Part shown: positions 28,459-38,524 of the stretch, in pieces | How the letters are laid out: each line of letters begins with the position of its first letter | How positions within the stretch are numbered: position 1 is the first letter of the stretch | DNA from: Syntrophorhabdaceae bacterium | GTDB taxonomy: Bacteria; Desulfobacterota; Syntrophorhabdia; Syntrophorhabdales; Syntrophorhabdaceae | Length of the DNA stretch: 64,000 nucleotides | Assembly (NCBI GenBank): GCA_963665295.1 | Contig: OY762209.1 | Location: forward strand, 544,001-608,000 | Direction of reading: 5' to 3' | Position numbers and translations under genes: made by a program | The notes under the pieces: model-generated | The model's database searches: none | Seen by the model: only the letters and a program-made list of their open reading frames with translations | What the model was told of the DNA's origin: nothing

Positions 28459-29457
28459 TCACGCCTCAAACAGCGTGATGATGGGCCATTCCTTGATGCG
28501 CAGCACGCCGTCAAGGGGTTTAAACTTGTTGCGGATGGTGTTCTCAATCTCGCTGAAGCTGGTGCCCTTCATCAACGCAACGATATCATATTTTCCTCGC
28601 GTGAAATCACAATACACGACTTGGTCATTAAAGTAAAGTACTGGATATATGGATTCAAGTTTTTCCTTTTCAATCTCGAACATTACGTAAGACGATGCCC
28701 GGTTTCCGGCGGCCTGCACCTCGCCTCCCTCCTTGTCGCGCCCGAGGGCTTTATCGACGGAGCCCATAATGTTGACCACGTTTTCTCCGAACAACGGGGT
28801 CTCCACAGTAAGAAGTTGTGCGTCCGCGACACCGGGAACGCTCTTTATCTGTTTCTCCACTATTTCCTGAATCTTTTCGTTCGATTCCGCCTGCAGGAGG
28901 AGGACCAGGTCATGGTCGCCCCGCACCGCGTCACAGTATAACACATTTTCCTGAAAATAGAGCTTTCTGTATACATCCATCAGGTTAGCGTCTTCGGCCA
29001 CGGTCACGAGGGCGTAGTTTGTCACGGACTCGGGGGCCACCGCGGATTTCCTCAGCGTCTCCTCTTGATCGGTCTTTGCGCCGGCCGGCGGTATGGCGGC
29101 GAGCACCTTCTCGAGGTCATCCATGGTGAAGGGTTTTTCCAGGTAGCCGTCGGCCTTCTGGAACCGCACTTCCTCCGCCGTGCCTTCGCTGCCGTATCCC
29201 GTAATGACGATAACGGGAAGGTCAGGATAGTTGAACTTGATCACCTTCAAAAGTTTGAGCCCGTCGATGTCGGGGAGCCTCACATCCACTATGGCGTAGT
29301 CGAGGGGCACCTGTTTCTTCTTGAGGGTTTCCAGGGTCTGCAACGCCTTCATGCCGTTTTCGCAGGGCTCGGTATGGTAGCCTTTCTGCATGAGACCCAT
29401 AGTGACGCTTCTCCTCAAAGACGCTTCGTCATCGATAAGCAGTACATTCTTTTCCAT
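28459..29457 (-). CDS. Response regulator fused to two Lrp/AsnC-type ligand-binding domains
   Basis: Receiver (IDD, DVRLP, TGY, KP); two repeats ..CD..RG..D.... Confidence 0.75.
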   Translation of the reverse strand: MEKNVLLIDDEASLRRSVTMGLMQKGYHTEPCENGMKALQTLETLKKKQVPLDYAIVDVRLPDIDGLKLLKVIKFNYPDLPVIVITGYGSEGTAEEVRFQKADGYLEKPFTMDDLEKVLAAIPPAGAKTDQEETLRKSAVAPESVTNYALVTVAEDANLMDVYRKLYFQENVLYCDAVRGDHDLVLLLQAESNEKIQEIVEKQIKSVPGVADAQLLTVETPLFGENVVNIMGSVDKALGRDKEGGEVQAAGNRASSYVMFEIEKEKLESIYPVLYFNDQVVYCDFTRGKYDIVALMKGTSFSEIENTIRNKFKPLDGVLRIKEWPIITLFEA

Positions 29458-29513
29458 GTCAGTTACTCCTTTGTTCCTTTATTGTGAAACTCTTTGCACA
29501 CGCCATACAATAT

Positions 29514-29529
29514 AGCAATAGTCGTGCCA
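29514..29529 (-). promoter_or_regulatory. Sigma-54 (-24/-12) promoter of the oxidoreductase operon
   Basis: TGGCACG-ACTA-TTGCT on the minus strand, an exact match to TGGCACG-N4-TTGCW, 57 bp upstream of the start codon. Confidence 0.85.
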
Positions 29530-29594
29530 TAGGGTCAACAGTCGTAATTTCAATGTATTACAATGCCCTGTCTTTTTGTGAACACCGTGGCGAG

Positions 29595-29740
29595 TGATAA
29601 AATATTTAACGCATTATGCCTCAAAGCCAATACAGACAATATTATACGCAGGTGTTAAAAATACTTACATACGCCATAAATGGACGTTTCACTCTAACAC
29701 ACCGATATCATGAAACTTTACACTGTTAATATATTTAACA
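29595..29740. promoter_or_regulatory. Candidate upstream activator sequences (17-bp TGT-N11-ACA-like dyads)
   Basis: tgataaaatatttaacg 29595, tgttaaaaatacttaca 29653, tgttaatatatttaaca 29724, in an AT-rich spacer. Confidence 0.55.
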
Positions 29741-29969
29741 TATCAAAATGTTACGGATACCCGGGAAGAGGGTCGGCGGCCGCTACCGCCTCCTCGACCC
29801 GATCCTTCCCGGCGTTATGGTCCGTCCTTTTTCGACCTTGCGCCCCATAACGTCTCCTTACGTCCGTCAACCGGCTGAGGCTCATCTTCCTTACCGGGGC
29901 CTCTTTATAAGGGTATGGGTTTGGGACCCGCAAAAAAAGCAACACGAGCCGGACTTCTTCTCCCGGTCC

Positions 29970-30752
29970 TTAAGGGGCCTTCTGTTCGGGCTTGAGGGTC
30001 GAGACGATCCTGTGCCTCACCTTTGCCCAGGAGCCGGTGGTAAGAAAACTCTCCTCCATGTCCGCCGTCATGGCGGCGAATTTCTTCATGGGGACGGCAA
30101 AGGTCATGAGGTCTTTGGGCACGCAGGGCCGGGCTGAAACGTCGAGCATGCCGATTACCCCTCTCGGATGGTCCGACATGCCCTCCACATATGGGTACTG
30201 GACGATGGTGGAGCATCCGGCTCCGAAGGGGCAGATCACGCCGTTCACATCCGGCTCGTCGTAATTGCACAGGGTAAAAAGGCCCGAAAGGACATCGGGG
30301 CGGGCAAAAAAGATCACCACGAGGGGTTCGTCGGCCTCCGTGAGGGCGCTCCAGGGCTTGAATACGATGAATTGCCCGGGGGCCGTGAAGGCAGGCTGCA
30401 TTTCCATGACTTCCGTAACGAGTTCCGGCGTCTTCTTGTAGCGCTCCCCTTCGAGTTCCCCCGGTATGCCGTGGGAAAGGAAGTATTCGAAGTTCGGCCT
30501 CAGTTGGGACGAAAAGCCGAGGTATCTCTTTCCGCCCTCACAACCGAGGGCGGCGGCGTTGAACTTGGCCGCCCTGCCCTTCCGCACTCCGGCGACATCG
30601 GCAAGAAAGCAGCGATGGGAGTCCGAGGATGCGGGCTTTGCGGTGCGCACTCCCGCCTCCTCGCCCGTGTACCAGAAGACGATGGGCTCCTCCGCCCCGT
30701 CGAAATACTTCTTCCACAGCGTTTCGAAACGGTCCTTCAAGATCATGTCCAT
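29970..30752 (-). CDS. DUF169 family protein
   Basis: HRCF...GCEGGKRYLGF, GERYKKTPE, PFGAGC, GMLDVSAR. Confidence 0.75.
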   Translation of the reverse strand: MDMILKDRFETLWKKYFDGAEEPIVFWYTGEEAGVRTAKPASSDSHRCFLADVAGVRKGRAAKFNAAALGCEGGKRYLGFSSQLRPNFEYFLSHGIPGELEGERYKKTPELVTEVMEMQPAFTAPGQFIVFKPWSALTEADEPLVVIFFARPDVLSGLFTLCNYDEPDVNGVICPFGAGCSTIVQYPYVEGMSDHPRGVIGMLDVSARPCVPKDLMTFAVPMKKFAAMTADMEESFLTTGSWAKVRHRIVSTLKPEQKAP

Positions 30753-30954
30753 AATACTGCCTCCCTTTCTCAAACGTTATTTCCCATATTAGTACGGAAG
30801 ACAGTCATTGCACAAGGGCCGTGACGGTTTTCTTTCATGATCGACGTGCATATATCACCTCCATGGGCGGGATAGGTTTGAGGGCGATAGAGCACGGGCG
30901 GATGACCTGAGCCCTCCCATAGAGAGACTGATTATTTTGGAATTTGGAGGACTC

Positions 30955-33007
30955 ATGAAAAGGACAGGCCTTTTTGGTGGAAGCATTCATATTTTGGACC
31001 CCCGTCAATGCAAACTCCTGCTCACCGGTCCTGTTCTGCTTTTCTTTCTCATTATCCTTTACGCCCTGCCCCTGTTCGCGGGCGGGTCCCTGACCGACCT
31101 GGGCGTTCTCACGGGAGGAGCCGCCTCGGAGGCTGCCGGCGTTTCAGCGGACGGCTCGGTCGTCGTCGGCTGGTCTACCGACGGCTCGGGTAACCCACGG
31201 GCCTTTTACTGGACTCAGGCGGGAGGGATGGTCGACCTCGCAGGGTCGGGCGCCATCTATTCGAAGGCCTTCGGCGTTTCGTCCGACGGCAACACCGTCG
31301 TGGGGACATGGACCGACAGCAGCAAGCAGCAGTGGCGGGCATTCCTCTGGACCAAGACGACGGGTATGCGTGACCTGGACATATTGTCCGGGACTTCTTC
31401 CTCCTCCGCGTACGGGGCATCCGGCCCTGCGGTCGTAGGCAGCCCGGCCGCGTGGCGATGGACAGAGGCGGGAGGCATGACGGACCTGAAGTCGGATAAC
31501 GCCTATGCCGTCTCCGCCGACGGAACCGTGGTGGCGGGCGGGGTGCTCCATGGGTGGCGATGGACAGAGGCGGGAGGCACGGTGAGCCTCGGCAGCCTGC
31601 CGGGAAAGACCTACTCGGCGGCCTACGCGATCTCGGCCGACGGCTCGTCCGTGGTGGGCGAATCGGGCACCGCGTTCCGGTGGACCGAGGCGGGAGGCAC
31701 GGTGAGCCTCGGGACATTGACGGGCGGAACGACCTCCACGGCCCTCGGGGCGTCTACGGACGGCTCCGTCGTAGTAGGGACGGCAACGGACTCCACGAGC
31801 GCCCGGCAGGCGTTCAGATGGACCGCCGCAGGTATGCAGACTGTTAAGGACTGGCTTACCGCCCATGGGGTCACCGTCGCCAATACCCTTGCATCAGCCG
31901 TCGCAACATCTTCCGACGGATACGCGATTGCCGGTCAAAACTCTAATAATCACGCCTACCTGGCCAAGGTAAACACCAAAGGAACCCTTACCCTCTCCAG
32001 GACAGGGACGGGAACAGGGACGATCACCAGTTCCCCGGAGGGCATCACTTGCGGAAGCACCTGCTCGTACGCTTACGCGGAAGGCACGAAAGTAACCCTC
32101 ACCGCAGAGGCGGACGCTGATTGTGCATTTCAGGAATGGACGGGCTGTGCCTCCGTGAGCGGGACCACCTGTACCGTTACCATGACCTCCGATGCGACGG
32201 TAACCGCCAGATTCGGCCACAACGCGACCCTCAAGGTGACCAAAACAGGTAACGGCGCAGGCTCCATCACGAGTTCCCCTGCGGGTATCAGTTGTGGAGA
32301 TACGTGTTCGTACATATATGGGCCGGGCGCCGCGGTCATCCTCACCGCTACTGCGGGCTCAGGGTCAAGGTTCCAATCGTGGAGCGGATGTCCATCGCCG
32401 AACGGGTCCTTTTGCACCGCCGTCATGAGCGCCGACACGGCGGTTACCGCACAGTTTGCTCTGGTGAAGACCCTCACCTGTCACGAAGTCCGATCCGGCA
32501 AAAGGCGGAAAAATCCACGGCAGCACCGGCATCGATTGCGCGGGCCCTTGCCGCCGGGCGAGCGATGCCTACCTTCTGGGACAGGCAGTGACCCTCAACG
32601 CGAGTTCGCGGCCCCAATCCGATTTCCTGTACTGGACGGGTGACTGCGCCCTCGAGGGGCACAACACCCGATGCAACGTCGTGATGAGCCGGGATATCTC
32701 GGTGGGTGCGGTCTTCGTGCCTTCAGCCACACGGAAGGTCACCCTGAAGGTAACCAAGGGGAGGTCGAATGGTGGAACCGGCCGGGTCGAGAGCGATGAC
32801 GGCAGTATCACCTGCGGCGGCACATGCAGCAACTCCTATCATGCGGGCGCGCCCGTCGTGTTGTCGGCTGTTGCGGATGGGGGAAGCACGTTCATCGGCT
32901 GGAAACCGGACTCCCTCGGCTGCGCCGGCACAGCCCCGTGCGTCGTGACCATGGAGGAAGCCCTTACCGTGACCGCCGTATTCGGCAAATCAGAGGAGGG
33001 ACAGTGA
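30955..33007 (+). pseudogene. Secreted HAF-repeat plus InlB-B-like repeat surface protein, frameshifted near 32479
   Basis: DLG..S.A.GVSADGSVVVG...AF.WT repeats, then G.ITSSP.GI.CG.TC repeats; reading continues in the +1 frame after ...ACC CTC ACC T GTC ACG AAG. Confidence 0.75.
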
Positions 33008-33018
33008 AGAAGACTATC

Positions 33019-33378
33019 CTACCTCGCCGCGGCCCCCTTATCCGACAATTTGCCCGCGAAGCGACCGATCACGGGCAGGCGGAACCTTTCTCCCTTGAAG
33101 GCTTTCCACATGAGGGTGGCCCAGAGGGCGACCCCTACGAACCAGAGGCAGGACGCCAGGAGGAACCCCACGCCGGGGATTGAGACCAGGATAATCATTA
33201 CCACCATCAAACCCAGGAACGTGATCAATGACTGCATGGCGTGAAACCGGACAAAAGAGCTGTTCTTCTCCATGACCAGGAAGATGATGCCCGTCACCCA
33301 ACCAAAACTGTAGCAAAGAAGCGCCTCGAAGCTCTCGTCCATTCCAAGGGATGTCTCCTGCCTCGTATCCTCTTCCAT
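33019..33378 (-). CDS. DUF4870-like small membrane protein
   Basis: ALLCY..GWVTGIIF..EK..FVRFHAMQS...KAFKGERFRLPVIG. Confidence 0.8.
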   Translation of the reverse strand: MEEDTRQETSLGMDESFEALLCYSFGWVTGIIFLVMEKNSSFVRFHAMQSLITFLGLMVVMIILVSIPGVGFLLASCLWFVGVALWATLMWKAFKGERFRLPVIGRFAGKLSDKGAAAR

Positions 33379-33562
33379 ATTGTTCCCCCTTATATATGAA
33401 TCTCTATGTTGAGAAGGGTAAGTAAAAGGGACCGCCCTTGTCAATACAAATATGGGGCACGGCCGGAGCCTTTGCGGCGCCGTAGCCGCATCTCCATATT
33501 CCGGTTGAGGTTTCGGAACGTTTTGCCTATAGTATAGCAATTACACGCCAAAGGAGGATAAT

Positions 33563-34678
33563 ATGTCTCAATGGGAACTGGTTCTGGATCATGATTACCG
33601 CTGCGGCTCCAGCGAAGATCGATCAATGAATGGCCATGACGGCATTTCCAATGCACCTGTCGAAGAGATGGCAGGGAAGAAAGGGTTTATCTTTTCCAAT
33701 GCCCGAAAAACGCTTATGGTGCCCTTCTGGGAAAACACACAGAAGGTCCCCGGTGTCCGCGTGGAGGTGGACTGTCTCTTCGGCCGCAGAGGGCCCCTGA
33801 TGACGGCATCCAACAGGAACATCGTCAATTCCTTTGGTTGCTTCTTCATCGGGGTCAACGCGGGGGACCATTTATTTGTCTCCATAGGCCGGGGCGGACC
33901 CGACTCTTCCCTCGGGCTGGAGCAGAAGGTGCCCCTCGACAAATGGGTAAAGGTGACCTTCGAGTATACCCCCTTCGGACAGGCGCGGCTCTCTTTGGAT
34001 AACGTCTCCACCGAGCGGCAGGGCCTGGGGTTCTCATTTCCGTGGTTAAGCAGGGCGGGTATCGAAATCGGCGGCATCACCCTGCAGGGCAGGGGCGCTT
34101 TCCCTTCGGCTATGTGCATAGGGGCTGTACGAATATACCGGCCCATGCCCGTGTCTCTGCCCCTGGTGTTCACGAAGGACAACAAACTTACCGATAAACA
34201 GCGCAAGGCGTCGGATGAACTCACCAGGTTTCTCTCCGATCCCACGATAAAAAAACAGATGACCAAGTACCGCGACGGGCTCGTGGCGGCCCTCAGGGAA
34301 CTGGTGATATCCGGCTGCAGGAACAAGCCTCACCTTGCGAAAGAGATGCGGCTCCTCGGCGCAAAATTCACGGAGGTTGTCGATAAAAGGCAGAAGAAGG
34401 GACCGGGTTCAGTCACGGCTGAAATGGCGGACCTTGCCACGAAGATGATGACTCTCCTTAAAACGGAAATCCCCCGGGAGGAACGGACGGCGGCGATCAG
34501 GAAGTTTTCGGACTGGGAAAAACGCAACCCCGCGCCGGAGAGCGTCCTCAAAACACGGGCGTCCGCGAAGGTTATAGACCCGGAAGTCTTCAAGATAGAG
34601 ACGTCATTCCGCTCGGCCATAAAGCAACATATCCTGTCCGACATACCAGAAAACCTCTGGCCGGGCGAATACAAATAA
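33563..34678 (+). CDS. Hypothetical protein: N-terminal LamG/ConA-like beta domain, helical C-terminus
   Basis: AAGGAGG SD; DRSMNGHDG...VPLDKWVKVTFEY...LSLD...IGG...IGAVRIY pattern. Confidence 0.6.
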   Translation: MSQWELVLDHDYRCGSSEDRSMNGHDGISNAPVEEMAGKKGFIFSNARKTLMVPFWENTQKVPGVRVEVDCLFGRRGPLMTASNRNIVNSFGCFFIGVNAGDHLFVSIGRGGPDSSLGLEQKVPLDKWVKVTFEYTPFGQARLSLDNVSTERQGLGFSFPWLSRAGIEIGGITLQGRGAFPSAMCIGAVRIYRPMPVSLPLVFTKDNKLTDKQRKASDELTRFLSDPTIKKQMTKYRDGLVAALRELVISGCRNKPHLAKEMRLLGAKFTEVVDKRQKKGPGSVTAEMADLATKMMTLLKTEIPREERTAAIRKFSDWEKRNPAPESVLKTRASAKVIDPEVFKIETSFRSAIKQHILSDIPENLWPGEYK

Positions 34679-34705
34679 TTCAAGAGAACATTACGGAGGA
34701 TTGCC

Positions 34706-36013
34706 ATGAATGATCAGGAAGTCAAAGATCTTGCCCTTCAATATCTGCCCATATTCTATTTCCACGAAAATGAACATTTCGGCCCCATGAGATTCGATGA
34801 ATTCGTCGGATCGTGCAAGCTGTGGCAGGACGACAACGACACGGAATGGTTCGGCGAGTCTCTCACACCCGTACAGCAGGAAGGCGCCATGGACATGGAC
34901 GTGCTCATGGCGATGAACAACAACGCGGACAAACCGAGAGAACTCTTCCTTGACTACGCCGGGTGGGGTGATGGCGGGCTTGATTTTATCAGGCACGAGG
35001 AGTGCAATCCCGACGGGGCCTTCGCCAAATACGGCGGCATAAATCTGCCCCGCAATTTCCATCTTTACGCCCACATTGCGCCGGGAGAGGCATTCATAAG
35101 CCAGTCGAAGCTTGTGGATACGATACAATACTACAAGGACCAAGGTTACTATAACGAAGCGACGAGGGTCAAGATTGTCGCCAATATGGAAAAGATATTC
35201 CGGAAATTCATGGCCCTGAGCTACGCCCCCTTCTACTGCATGCAGGACAGTCCCCGTTTCGGCGGGATGGACTATCATGAAGGCGACCTGGAGGATGCCG
35301 TTACCATTATCTTCAATTACAAGGCAAGGTTGGACCAGGACCATTCACCGAGATATGTGGCTTACAAGAGGCACGGCATCCAGATAAGCTCGGATTTCGA
35401 CATGATGGCGTGGGACGGGGAAGTAAAGACGGCCGACGGATATGACGAAGTCGAACGGACCGGAGACCACCCCCACGCATGGGTAGCCGGGGGCAGCCAC
35501 GCGACATATCCGAAAAGGGGATACTATTCGCGGAGGGGTATCCCGCAGGAGGTGTTCGATTATTACTGGTACGTAGACCCCCTGACATCGTGCGCCCTCT
35601 TTATCACCCACCTCGTGCTGGAGTACCTGGACATCCCGGACGTTGCCCGCTGGTCCCTTTCCGATGACGACGATGCCACGGGCGGAGGAAAGACCGTCGG
35701 GGAAGCGGGGGGTAACGCCGACTGGAAGGAAGACGAGATTGAAGTCATAGACAGGTTCAACAACAAGGCGCCGCGGTGGTGGGACGGCTACAAAGGCCGC
35801 ATGGGCCTGAAAGTGAAAAAGACCCTTCGGAAAAAGCACACGAGCGGACCCCAGCAGGGCAGTGGGCCGGTTTGTCTCATAGGTGAAAACGCCATGGACA
35901 GGGCGGTTTTCCGGGACCTGTGTAAAGACGATGCCACGAGGCAGGCGCTGCTGGATGCGATGACGAAGGAAGCAATGGAGCGGGTCCGTGAAATCGCGGG
36001 CATTCCTCTATAG
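34706..36013 (+). CDS. Hypothetical protein, Vps62/NPP1-like motifs
   Basis: YLPIFYFHENEHFGP, HEGDLE, HPHAWVAGGSHATY, WWDGYKGRMG, GP. Confidence 0.6.
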   Translation: MNDQEVKDLALQYLPIFYFHENEHFGPMRFDEFVGSCKLWQDDNDTEWFGESLTPVQQEGAMDMDVLMAMNNNADKPRELFLDYAGWGDGGLDFIRHEECNPDGAFAKYGGINLPRNFHLYAHIAPGEAFISQSKLVDTIQYYKDQGYYNEATRVKIVANMEKIFRKFMALSYAPFYCMQDSPRFGGMDYHEGDLEDAVTIIFNYKARLDQDHSPRYVAYKRHGIQISSDFDMMAWDGEVKTADGYDEVERTGDHPHAWVAGGSHATYPKRGYYSRRGIPQEVFDYYWYVDPLTSCALFITHLVLEYLDIPDVARWSLSDDDDATGGGKTVGEAGGNADWKEDEIEVIDRFNNKAPRWWDGYKGRMGLKVKKTLRKKHTSGPQQGSGPVCLIGENAMDRAVFRDLCKDDATRQALLDAMTKEAMERVREIAGIPL

Positions 36014-36028
36014 ACGTTGTTGTCTCGG

Positions 36029-36067
36029 CCCCGCGCAGCCTGCCCGTATCGGCGGGGCTGCGCGGGG
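36029..36067. terminator. GC-rich hairpin between convergent genes
   Basis: ccccgcgcagcc / ggctgcgcgggg perfect 12-bp stem. Confidence 0.5.
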
Positions 36068-36111
36068 ACATGGGCGAACAGGGCAAACCATTCCCCCGCG
36101 CCCCTGTCCGG

Positions 36112-37380
36112 TCACTCCCGGTTTCCTGTTTCAACGGTTGTGGCCGCTTTGATCTTCACCACCGCCTTCGGATCGTACATCTTCTCCCTGATGAACATGC
36201 CCGGGAGAAACGTGGCAATCAGGTACGCAATTCCGCAGGTGGCAATGCCCGCGCCGATGGAATAATCCGTGGCCATCCAGCCGATAAATGCGGGAGAGAT
36301 GATGGAGCCGATCCGGCCGATATTATAGGAAGTGGACATGGCGGTCCCGCGAACGGCCGTGGGGAAACTCTCGGTGAGATAGGTGGCGTTTATCGCATAA
36401 AGGGCGCCATAGAGGCCTCCGAAGATCAGCAGGAGGAAGGCGACGTTGGATTTGTCGGCAAAGAACATGATGAGCGGGATGGCTGCGGTGATGCCGAGCC
36501 CGGTGAAAACCCATGTGATCCGCCGGCCGAAGCGGTCGGCCAGCAGGCCCACCACGGGCTTCGAGAGAATCCCCATGGCGTAACTCGCGGCGAGAAACCA
36601 CCCCATGTCTTTCAGGGTCACGCCCAGGTCTCTGACCAGGTAACTCGGAAGCCATGTATTCGCCCCATAGTACCCGAACTGGAGACACACGGCGGTGCCG
36701 CTCCAAAGCAGAAAAGTCCCCCGCGTGGCCTTGTTGTCCCAGATGAGGGCAAATTCGTTCTTCTTTTTTCCGTTCCTCCGCGCCGCTTCGCGGGCAGCAA
36801 ACCAGCTCGGCGGATCGGAAATGCCCCGCATCAACGCAAGGCAGGCGACGCCGGGGATAACGGCCAGGACGAACATGGGCCGCCAACCCCAGGTGGGCAT
36901 CACGACGCCGGAAATCAAGGCCGCAAGGACATAGCCCATGGACCAGCCCGCCATCACGATGCTGAGAGCCGTGGTTCTCACTCTTGTGGGGACATACTCG
37001 GATACCAGCAGGTTGCCGATACTGTAGACCGCAGCGAGTCCGAGACCGGAAGTGATACGCATGACCGCGATTTGCCAATATTCGTGGCAAAACCCGATGA
37101 CACCCGTACATAATGAAAATACGAGGATAGACCACCACGTCACCCGGACCCGGCCGAACCGGTCGGCCATCCAGCCCGCTCCCATGCCCCCGATCCCCAT
37201 GCCGATAAGCGTGCAGGTTCCGAGCATCCCGGCTGAAACGGGTGAAATCTTCAGTTCTTTCATGAAACCGGGCAGGGCCAGCGCCAGTATCTGAAGATCG
37301 AAACCGTCCACGACCATGGCAAGAACGATGGTCCCTGTCAGCATCACGGCCTTCTTGTCAATTCTCTCTTTGGCCTCCAA
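36112..37380 (-). CDS. MFS transporter (aromatic acid/H+ symporter-like)
   Basis: DGFD, GWMADRFGR, SEYVP..VR, GLLADRFGRR, TESFPTAVRGT; about 12 TMs. Confidence 0.9.
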   Translation of the reverse strand: MEAKERIDKKAVMLTGTIVLAMVVDGFDLQILALALPGFMKELKISPVSAGMLGTCTLIGMGIGGMGAGWMADRFGRVRVTWWSILVFSLCTGVIGFCHEYWQIAVMRITSGLGLAAVYSIGNLLVSEYVPTRVRTTALSIVMAGWSMGYVLAALISGVVMPTWGWRPMFVLAVIPGVACLALMRGISDPPSWFAAREAARRNGKKKNEFALIWDNKATRGTFLLWSGTAVCLQFGYYGANTWLPSYLVRDLGVTLKDMGWFLAASYAMGILSKPVVGLLADRFGRRITWVFTGLGITAAIPLIMFFADKSNVAFLLLIFGGLYGALYAINATYLTESFPTAVRGTAMSTSYNIGRIGSIISPAFIGWMATDYSIGAGIATCGIAYLIATFLPGMFIREKMYDPKAVVKIKAATTVETGNRE

Positions 37381-37585
37381 TCTTCCCCCTTCCCGCGCAC
37401 GGGAAATAAGGCGCTGCCCCATGGAGAACTATCGGAATTACCTGCCCTCCCGATGAGGGACTCCATCTCCGGATAGATGAGATCATGCCTCATATTTATG
37501 TTGATATCAACCTTATTCGCAGGGTGCGCGGCACGGACAATGCCGCCTAACCCGGCACGGCGCCGGTTTAAGGATAAATTCCGGC

Positions 37586-37613
37586 TTGACAAATACCGCT
37601 CCTCTGTTAAAAT
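37586..37613 (+). promoter_or_regulatory. Putative sigma-70 promoter for adc
   Basis: TTGACA-16 nt-TAAAAT with extended -10 TG. Confidence 0.45.
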
Positions 37614-37734
37614 GAACCGGGGCAAGAGGGATGAGATTGCCACCAGGAATATCTCCGGCGCGGTCATGACCGTATTTTCTCATAACCTGCCGGTTGATCG
37701 CTACGGCTTGAATACTGCCGACAAAGGAGGAAGT

Positions 37735-38484
37735 ATGAAAATCGATGAAGTGAAGAAGAGTGTGGCCATGCCCGTTACGAGCCCGTCCTTTCCGCCCGGG
37801 CCGACCCGGTTCCGCAACCGCGAGTTCCTGATCATCGATTATGAAACGGACATGGATGCGCTCAGGGCCGTTGTGCCCGAACCCCTCGAAGTAGACAAGC
37901 CGGTGGTGAGGTATGAGTTCATCAGGATGCCGGATTCGGACGGTTTCGGCTCCTATAACGAGTCGGGACAGGTTATCCCGGTACGATTCAATGGTAAGGC
38001 AGGGAGCTATGTCCATGCCATGTACCTTGACGACGTGTCGCCCATCGTGGGCGGCAGGGAATTGTGGGGATTTCCGAAAAAATATGCGCACCCGGAAATG
38101 CACGTGGACCGGATCAACAAGGACTGCTATGTGGCGGCCCTGAAATACGGAGAACTGGAAGTGGTCCGCGCCACCATGGCGTACAAATGGCAGCGGCTGG
38201 ACAAGGACGCCCTCGGTGAAGCGGTAGCCGCTACCCCGAACTTCCTGCTCAAAATCATTCCCGATGTGGACAACACCCCGAAGATCTGCCAGCTCGTGCG
38301 ATACTTTATCGTGGACCTCACCGTAAAGGAAGCCTGGACCGGACCAGCGTCCCTGCAACTGTTCTCCCATTGCATGGCCCCTGTGGCGGACCTGCCTATC
38401 AAGCGCGTCACGGGCGCCGTCCATTTTATCGCGGACCTGACCCTCGGATTGGGGGATGTAGCCTACGACTATCTGAAAGAATAG
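37735..38484 (+). CDS. adc: Acetoacetate decarboxylase
   Basis: [48 protein letters not shown] (catalytic Lys pair), LKIIP; AAGGAGG SD. Confidence 0.9.
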   Translation: MKIDEVKKSVAMPVTSPSFPPGPTRFRNREFLIIDYETDMDALRAVVPEPLEVDKPVVRYEFIRMPDSDGFGSYNESGQVIPVRFNGKAGSYVHAMYLDDVSPIVGGRELWGFPKKYAHPEMHVDRINKDCYVAALKYGELEVVRATMAYKWQRLDKDALGEAVAATPNFLLKIIPDVDNTPKICQLVRYFIVDLTVKEAWTGPASLQLFSHCMAPVADLPIKRVTGAVHFIADLTLGLGDVAYDYLKE

Positions 38485-38524
38485 AGGCCGACCAAGGGAA
38501 CTCCTCCGGCCCGATCCATTGCCC

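Noticed and set aside
29724..29740. Rex operator
   Set aside because: Half-sites are spaced by 5 nt rather than the 4 nt of Rex boxes; the sigma-54 context favours an activator site.
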